Shown here one piece after another: positions 63,759 through 64,000 of a DNA stretch of 64,000 nucleotides. The notes below the pieces were generated by a model that was given only the letters and a program-made list of their open reading frames with translations, did no database searches and had not been told where the DNA came from. Position numbers and translations under genes: made by a program. How positions within the stretch are numbered: position 1 is the first letter of the stretch; every line of letters begins with the position of its first letter. This DNA comes from Amoebidium appalachense (Eukaryota; Protista; Ichthyosporea), in NCBI GenBank assembly GCA_963693365.1, contig CAVNZM010000005.1, forward strand, positions 4,843,167-4,907,166, in the 5' to 3' direction.

Positions 63759-64000
63759 GTGAGTAATCCCCCCCCTCCCCCCCCCCCCCTCCCCCTCCCC
63801 CCTCCCCTGCCTCTTTCTTCTTCTTCTTTTTTTGTCAGTATATATGCTTATTTATGTTTCATCTATGATTGTGGTGCATCGTTTTTATGAATGCATTTTT
63901 CTGTAGTGGGCTACGTTGTACCCCTTTCCCACTGCCCTTGCCTGCATAAGCAACCCTGCTCGTCTCTGATCAAGACGGGTGACCTACCCATGTTCAAGTG

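Overview
Eukaryotic, intron-rich genomic DNA. The gene content (DCTN5, a CRP-type LIM protein, an FBXL6-like gene) suggests an opisthokont, probably a unicellular holozoan; this is inference. Introns and intergenic DNA are saturated with C/G homopolymers and (CA)/(TG)/(CT)/(GA) microsatellites, so nearly all ORFs in the supplied track are artefacts. Hand-splicing at GT-AG junctions with consistent phase gives: the 3' part of an unknown amphipathic-repeat/coiled-coil gene (+), complete DCTN5 (-), a complete BAR-SH3 gene (+), a complete zinc-ribbon/multi-LIM gene (+), a single-coding-exon prepro-type membrane protein (+), an orphan 7TM receptor-like gene (+), a hidden spliced small-ORF unit (-), and the 5' part of an FBXL6-like gene (+, one frameshift). 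Mobile DNA includes a LINE nested inside a related LINE, LINE relics and five MITE-like elements. The most notable signals are 3' splice sites built on (CA)n with no polypyrimidine tract, strand-polarised C tracts after donors, an apparent exon birth by tandem duplication, and a candidate peptide-precursor/GPCR gene pair. All identifications are by eye; no database search was run.
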